Source: a virus
Length of the DNA stretch: 48,471 bases
IMG/VR virus record: IMGVR_UViG_3300002460_000047
Location: 1 to 48,471 of that record
Strand: one strand, 5' to 3'
The translations under genes were made by a program, and so were the position numbers. Numbering within the stretch: the first letter of the stretch is position 1; every line of letters starts with the position of its first letter. This document shows positions 43,146-48,471 of this stretch, in pieces. The notes beneath the pieces are model-generated. The model searched no databases, was not told where the DNA came from, and saw only the letters and a list, made by a program, of their open reading frames with translations.

Positions 43146-44577
43146 TGCCGTTTCCTTTATACACAAGGTCATCATCATTATATAAATAATAAAAGATAGG
43201 GTGACCCCACAATTTACGTAAAGCTTTAAATACCTCTGCTGCAGGATCAATTAACTGTCTGTTTTTATTGCATTTAATAGTTATATACAATGTTCTAGAC
43301 TTTTTAAAATCGCAACCGTTAATATAAACTGTAGGTGAATTAGAAATATAATCAAATTGCATAGCTAATCTATGCCTAATTTGCTCATATCCTTCATAAT
43401 CATGGATATTATTAATTAAATTAGCATCGTCATAACGATTATGATCAATGCTAAATAACTTTAAATCTCTCATTACTTTAGGAGATAAATACTGTAAAAT
43501 AAAACTAGAATCTCTAAAATTATATGCAGCATAGCATATTTCATCAATCCAATTTTTACCAATTAATTGCGGAAACCATTTTTTATCCTCTTCAGTAGGA
43601 GAGGTGCATATCCTTTTGATATCTTCAAAAATCTTATATCCTAATGCATAAGGATTAAACCCAGAATAATATTTAGAATCCCAATCTAATTGATGATTAG
43701 AGCTCGCTTTCATTATTAAATATTCTATATATTCTCCGTCTGAAAGTACCTTCTGATCATACAAATCATCCATTAATTCACTTTCCCAAAAGTTTGCAAA
43801 CCCCTCATGTATAATTTTCATAAGGGGTTGCGGATATAAATACTGTCTAAGCGCACAATAACCATTAACAATCTCTCTTTGCCATGGTTTTAATCGAGAT
43901 GAATTTTTACCTACAAAAGCTAATACGTTTTCTTCATAAAATCTAGATTTTACATTGGGCAAATTCTTTTTATTCAAATTTAAGGTATTAGATAATCTAG
44001 ATTCAGAGTTAAGTAATTCTTGTTGTCTTTTTTTAATTCGTTTCTCATATGTTTTATTAGTTCTGTTTACATTACAATGATGTACAGCTAAACTAGAGAG
44101 TGCGTGACAAAGGTCTAAAAAATCTTCTACTTGCTTTTCTCCGTGCAGCTCCTCACATTCTGTTACTAATGTTTGAAATTGTTTCATCATAGACAAAGCG
44201 CTGCGAGCCTTTGTATGCTCTTGAAAAATTACATTATTTTTAAACACTGTAGAATGGCCTACTGCGGCATGGCACATAACGAGAATTTGTTTAACTCTCG
44301 TATTAGTCTCTAATAAGTAACATAACGTGGGATCAGTATTAAAAATACACTCTAAGGCTACGGGTAAAGTATTTGCTTTATATTTATTATATAATTCAAC
44401 ATATTCTTTACCAAAATACCAATGATTATAACATATTGGAAGCCCACTACAAAAAATACGAATCATATCGTCAAAAGTAACTAATTCAAACAATGGCTCA
44501 TAAAAAGTAAGCCCATATTTCTTAGTGGCTATTTCTTTTATTTTTAGCCACAAATCATCAATATCATAATCCATCAT
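43138..44577 (-). CDS. spoVR: SpoVR/YcgB-family protein
   Basis: 479 aa. The N-terminal pattern YGL.FYEP.FE......M, the CHAAVGHSTVFKNN motif (bacterial AH..GHndFFknN) and the overall length match. Confidence 0.75.
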   Translation of the reverse strand: MMDYDIDDLWLKIKEIATKKYGLTFYEPLFELVTFDDMIRIFCSGLPICYNHWYFGKEYVELYNKYKANTLPVALECIFNTDPTLCYLLETNTRVKQILVMCHAAVGHSTVFKNNVIFQEHTKARSALSMMKQFQTLVTECEELHGEKQVEDFLDLCHALSSLAVHHCNVNRTNKTYEKRIKKRQQELLNSESRLSNTLNLNKKNLPNVKSRFYEENVLAFVGKNSSRLKPWQREIVNGYCALRQYLYPQPLMKIIHEGFANFWESELMDDLYDQKVLSDGEYIEYLIMKASSNHQLDWDSKYYSGFNPYALGYKIFEDIKRICTSPTEEDKKWFPQLIGKNWIDEICYAAYNFRDSSFILQYLSPKVMRDLKLFSIDHNRYDDANLINNIHDYEGYEQIRHRLAMQFDYISNSPTVYINGCDFKKSRTLYITIKCNKNRQLIDPAAEVFKALRKLWGHPIFYYLYNDDDLVYKGNGNE

Positions 44578-45725
44578 GTTTTTTTCACCTCAAAAAATGA
44601 TCGAAAAACAGGATAAATTTCTTTATAATTTCTCACTTTCTTATAAGACATGTTTACAAATTGTTTCTTTAATTTATCAAATAAAGGAAAAACTTCATCT
44701 TCAACATATTCAAATTCACTCACATGAATATAAAATAAATATTGAGCTTTAGGCAAGATCGCATTAGATAAAATCGCCATTAAGTTAGGGGTATCTTCTA
44801 CCCAGTTTCCCCCGTCACTGGCTTGTGCAATATAAATATTGTAATCATTTGCAGAATATTTTTGATTTATTAAAGAATTAATCACTTCATATCCAGAAGA
44901 CATTATAGTACCACCACTCTTTGTACCATAAAAAAATTCTTTTTCTGACACTTCTTCGGCAGTCTCAGTATGCCGAACAAATACTACTTCTACCTGATCA
45001 TAATGTTTATTTAAAAATAAATTAAGAAGTAAGAAAAACCTTTTAGCTAAATCTTTTTCAAATTCTCCCATACTTCCCGACACATCCAATAAACAGAACA
45101 TGACTGCTTTAGTATCAGGAATCTCTTGCAAGGTTTTATAATTATACCTTAAATCATCTTCAATTAAAAAAGCAGGCTGGTATGTGGGGTTATTAACTTT
45201 AAGGGCTGTTCGGCGGGCTATAGAATTTAACATGGTTTTTTTAATATTTAATAGGGCTGGATTCCCTTTTTTACAGAACCCCGCTCTTTTTAACTCGTAT
45301 TTATTATGGGTTAATGTTTGTTTAACAAAATTAGGTAATTCTAAATCATCAAAAAATAAATTAGCAAATTCAGCGCTAGTTAACGTAAAGTCAAAATCAT
45401 CATTATCATTGCCGGAAGGTCCTCCTGCCGTTCCTCCCCCCTCACCTGTTGGTTTCGGCACTTTTGAGCCCTTAGTAAATTTTTTATTCCCGGGATAAAC
45501 TCTAATAATTTCTCCCACATCCGGCCTATATTTTATATCCGGCACGTCTAACCCTGCTAATTTAATTTTAACCTTCTTCCCTTTTAAATCAAATCCGCCA
45601 ATAGATGCTGTATCAATTATAGTCTTAACTTTAGACTTTAAATGATCTTTATATTTTCTAATAAACTTTTCTCTATTAGAAAAAGAAGTGCTCTTTAATC
45701 TATTCGGATTAGTAATTACTGTCAT
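44574..45725 (-). CDS. yeaH: YeaH/YhbH-family protein (DUF444, vWA-like)
   Basis: 383 aa, with a Gly-rich acidic loop (GEGGGTAGGPSGNDNDDFDF) and a MIDAS-like LLDVSGSMG. ATGA overlaps with both neighbours. Confidence 0.75.
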   Translation of the reverse strand: MTVITNPNRLKSTSFSNREKFIRKYKDHLKSKVKTIIDTASIGGFDLKGKKVKIKLAGLDVPDIKYRPDVGEIIRVYPGNKKFTKGSKVPKPTGEGGGTAGGPSGNDNDDFDFTLTSAEFANLFFDDLELPNFVKQTLTHNKYELKRAGFCKKGNPALLNIKKTMLNSIARRTALKVNNPTYQPAFLIEDDLRYNYKTLQEIPDTKAVMFCLLDVSGSMGEFEKDLAKRFFLLLNLFLNKHYDQVEVVFVRHTETAEEVSEKEFFYGTKSGGTIMSSGYEVINSLINQKYSANDYNIYIAQASDGGNWVEDTPNLMAILSNAILPKAQYLFYIHVSEFEYVEDEVFPLFDKLKKQFVNMSYKKVRNYKEIYPVFRSFFEVKKT

Positions 45726-47635
45726 TTAGTTGCACTTTTAATATACCAATCAATTAATATTTGAGTCTGTTTAGGTGTATACCCATTAGACACCATTCTA
45801 TCAATAAACTCTTGATGCTTCTTTTGATCGGATTTAGATGCCTGACTAGACGTAGAAATAATAGGTAACATCTCATCAAAATTACTAAATATCTTAGCCT
45901 CAATAACCTCTTTTAATTTTTGATATGCTGTCCATCTTAAATCTTTCCCAGCTTGAGATTTATACCTAAGGGCAAATTTAACAATCTCATTTCTAAAATC
46001 TTTCTTATTAGATACGCCCAATGGAACCTCAATTTCTACTAACCACGAATCTAAATCTTCAGGGGTTAATAGCATATTAGACAGGGGGTCGCGGTAGTCA
46101 TCCTCATTCAACCAAGAATCAGCGTATAAAATATACCTATCTGCAATGTTTTGACCGTGTTGATCATAAGTTTCAATACTAGCTTTTTTAATATCTTCTT
46201 CTAAAGTTTGACGATATTTTTTAGTTAAATATTGGATTACACTTAAATACAAAACCTCAGTATCCTTTGGTAAATCCTCTTGTGGTATTTTCTCACTTAA
46301 AGCACACAATAAATGTAAAGGATTGGCCGCAACCTCTGTAGTATCCATATTGTATGTTTGTGCCAATACTTTAAACGCAAAACGGGTAGACACACCAAAA
46401 AATCCCTCTTGTCCAGAATCCTTATTCTCATGCGCCTCTTGCTTATATTCAAATACGTTCTTAATATTGGGAACAGTATGCTTTAAATTATCCCCATTAT
46501 AAACCTCTAACTTATTCTCTAACTTTCCATCGGAAGGTTTAATTAATCGAGTTAATACACTAAACTTCGAAAGTATAGTTAAAGTTTGTGGCGCACAAGG
46601 TGCTTTATTTAATTCACTATTATCAATTAATTTTTTATAAATTAACGTTTCTTCCGTATATCGCAAACAATATGGAATATTAATAATACAGATACGATCA
46701 ATCAATGCTTCGTTACGTTGATTATTTCTAAATTGATTCCACTCTGCTTCATTACTATGTGCGACAATTAATCCCTCAAATGGTAATGCGCCTATATTTT
46801 CAGTACCATTATAAAAACGTGACTGTGTGGCTTCATATAGAGGATTTAAAGTTTTCGGAGGTGCTTTAAACATTTCTGTAAATTCAAGCAACCCTCGATT
46901 CGCTACGCATAAACCTCCGCTATATGAATAACAATCAGGGTCATCTTGTGGAAAATTTCCTAATTCATTAATATTTAATTTTCCAACTAACGTAGTGATG
47001 TCTTGATTATTTTCATCCCCCGCCTCAATATGCACAATCCCAACACGTTTTAATTCATTTGGATAAATCTTAACAACTTTTAATTTAGAAATATCCCCAT
47101 TTAATTCTTGGATTCTTTTCATTAACCAGCTAGATGGTACAGTATTAAGATATCGCTCAGGAATATGAAGCCTTTCTGAATCCTCTGGAGAAAATAATGA
47201 TAAAGGATTATCATATACAGGAGAATCTTTAATGGAATAAAAAGGATAAACCTCCATCAACCGTTTTAAAATGCGGGCAATAGTAGATTTTCCTCCCCCC
47301 ACCGGTCCTTTTAAATAAAGAATTTGTTTCTCTTCTTCCATACCTTGAGCAGCATGTTTAATAACAGATACTACCTCTCTTAAAGGTACTTCTAAACCAT
47401 ATAAATTTTTAAAAGGTTTATAAACAGGGATTATCTCGTTGCTAAAAATCTTTGATAATCTTTCATTTTTCCTAGTATCGATTAATTCCGGCTCTCCTAT
47501 AGCTTTTAATAAACGCTGTGCCGGAGTTGCATATACAAAATTATCCTTTTTAGCTAATTCTAAATACTCTTGTAAAGACATTTCCTCAGGGCGAGCCCCG
47601 ACCAGTTTTTGCCCTATACCTTTTAGATTTACCAT
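45722..47635 (-). CDS. prkA: PrkA/YeaG-family AAA+ serine protein kinase
   Basis: 637 aa from the ATG at 47633..47635 (GAGGAG 7 nt upstream; the track start at 47650 is TTG). SLQEYLEL...AQRLLKAIGEP, Walker A LKGPVGGGKST. Confidence 0.85.
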   Translation of the reverse strand: MVNLKGIGQKLVGARPEEMSLQEYLELAKKDNFVYATPAQRLLKAIGEPELIDTRKNERLSKIFSNEIIPVYKPFKNLYGLEVPLREVVSVIKHAAQGMEEEKQILYLKGPVGGGKSTIARILKRLMEVYPFYSIKDSPVYDNPLSLFSPEDSERLHIPERYLNTVPSSWLMKRIQELNGDISKLKVVKIYPNELKRVGIVHIEAGDENNQDITTLVGKLNINELGNFPQDDPDCYSYSGGLCVANRGLLEFTEMFKAPPKTLNPLYEATQSRFYNGTENIGALPFEGLIVAHSNEAEWNQFRNNQRNEALIDRICIINIPYCLRYTEETLIYKKLIDNSELNKAPCAPQTLTILSKFSVLTRLIKPSDGKLENKLEVYNGDNLKHTVPNIKNVFEYKQEAHENKDSGQEGFFGVSTRFAFKVLAQTYNMDTTEVAANPLHLLCALSEKIPQEDLPKDTEVLYLSVIQYLTKKYRQTLEEDIKKASIETYDQHGQNIADRYILYADSWLNEDDYRDPLSNMLLTPEDLDSWLVEIEVPLGVSNKKDFRNEIVKFALRYKSQAGKDLRWTAYQKLKEVIEAKIFSNFDEMLPIISTSSQASKSDQKKHQEFIDRMVSNGYTPKQTQILIDWYIKSATK

Positions 47636-47646
47636 GAAGTTACTCC

Positions 47647-48150
47647 TCAAACCCCTTCTTCAGCTTCTTTTGTAAGATTTTGTACCAACTCTAATGCTTC
47701 TGATAATTCTGTAGCCGTAATGCTCCTAGTTCCCGAACGGCAATTTGCAATAGCAAGATCAACCGCTGCTTTGACCATCATTCCCGTACGAGCACCGTTT
47801 GAATCATATCTTGTAGTTTTAGAACTCGCAGTAAATGGCGGCTTTTCGGAGCTTCTCGATGTGCTTGGTTTTGATGACTTAGTAGTAGTTGTTTCGGTTA
47901 CCTCTCCTAAAATTTTAATAATTTTATTTGATGTGCCTGTAGCGGTTGTTTGCTTATCTACATAAGCTTGGACACTGTCGCCAGCTTTTAATGCCGGAGG
48001 AACATCTATTCCTGCAAATTGAAAGAACTCTTCATTATCATCTGTTGTATAAACATGTCTATTATATTTATCACCACTAACTTTCGCAGTAAACGGACCT
48101 TTTACTTCTACATCTACAACTGTAAATTTAACTTCATTCAAATGTTTCAT
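47647..48150 (-). CDS. Hypothetical protein: N-terminal beta-rich (OB-like?) domain, Ser/Thr-rich linker, acidic C-terminus
   Basis: The composition and architecture resemble an SSB-like layout. No SSB is recognised elsewhere in the genome. This is speculative. Confidence 0.3.
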   Translation of the reverse strand: MKHLNEVKFTVVDVEVKGPFTAKVSGDKYNRHVYTTDDNEEFFQFAGIDVPPALKAGDSVQAYVDKQTTATGTSNKIIKILGEVTETTTTKSSKPSTSRSSEKPPFTASSKTTRYDSNGARTGMMVKAAVDLAIANCRSGTRSITATELSEALELVQNLTKEAEEGV

Positions 48151-48200
48151 TTATTACCTCTTTTAGTTTTAGTATGACACATTGTACGTACCAATTCATA

Positions 48201-48440
48201 TTATATTAATTCTTTATAACCACCATCTAACTTCTTATGCTCTGTACTTTCCTCACTTTCTTTACTTAAAGAAGCCGCGCCCTCTAATAACCACTTATAC
48301 TCATACCCGGCCTTTACCAACAAATGAAATAACCCATTTACAAAATTATGAGCATTAGAAGACTTGTTTTGTACTAATTCAAGCTCCATATTAACTTTAT
48401 ACGTTGAATAATTTGTCGAACTGGTAATGGTAATTTTCAT
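48201..48440 (-). CDS. Hypothetical protein (79 aa)
   Basis: ATG at 48438..48440, preceded by AAGAGGTAAGA. Its start and RBS lie inside the terminal repeat, directly after the stop of the 67..243 gene in the circular map. Confidence 0.55.
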   Translation of the reverse strand: MKITITSSTNYSTYKVNMELELVQNKSSNAHNFVNGLFHLLVKAGYEYKWLLEGAASLSKESEESTEHKKLDGGYKELI

Positions 48441-48471
48441 TCTTACCTCTTTTAATAAATACATCTATATA
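48386..48471. repeat. Terminal direct repeat, copy 2 (identical to 1..86)
   Basis: Exact 86-bp match to the window start. Confidence 0.95.

Noticed and set aside
42312-43250. The 312-aa version of the FEN-like exonuclease with a hydrophobic N-terminal extension.
   Set aside because: The extension overlaps the SpoVR 3' end by 113 nt and is not part of the PIN domain. The ATG at 43145 gives the canonical LLAIDGD N-terminus and a coupled overlap.
1-48471. A lysogeny module (integrase, repressor, att site) or a T7-like RNA polymerase.
   Set aside because: No ORF shows tyrosine or serine recombinase motifs, and none is long enough or has the motifs of a single-subunit RNAP. The promoters present are host sigma70-like.

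Overview
The window is a complete, circularly closed dsDNA phage genome. Its first 86 bp are identical to its last 86 bp, so the unique length is about 48,385 bp. It is AT-rich and very densely coded. There are two divergent arms. The minus-strand early/replication arm runs from about 10117 leftwards, through coordinate 1 and the terminal overlap, down to 37855. It carries a T7 gp4-like primase-helicase, a family A DNA polymerase, a FEN-like 5'-3' exonuclease, an Hjc-like nuclease, a DEDD exonuclease and many mini-proteins. The plus-strand late arm (12970..37870) has a P22-like gene order: TerS, TerL, portal, scaffold, coat, fibres, gp4-like adaptors, gp10-like hub, ejection proteins and lysis enzymes. 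I found no RNA polymerase, integrase, tRNA or CRISPR array.

The most interesting points are:
- A 2.8-kb low-coding control region (10118..12969), richer in G/C, with several near-consensus sigma70 promoters. It is packed with hairpins, some needing G-U pairs, which suggests structured RNAs, antitermination elements or an origin.
- Both the DNA polymerase and the large terminase exist as genes in pieces.
- A full prkA-yeaH-spoVR triad is translationally coupled into the replication operon.
- The phage encodes an HslV/proteasome-like peptidase and a GroES-like co-chaperonin.
- The head-to-tail adaptor gene is tandemly duplicated.
- A distal cassette encodes a secreted ClpP-fold protease, a membrane protein and a Mom-like GNAT, next to putative nucleotide-pool and anti-signalling genes.

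All functional calls come from reading motifs by eye. No database search was run.
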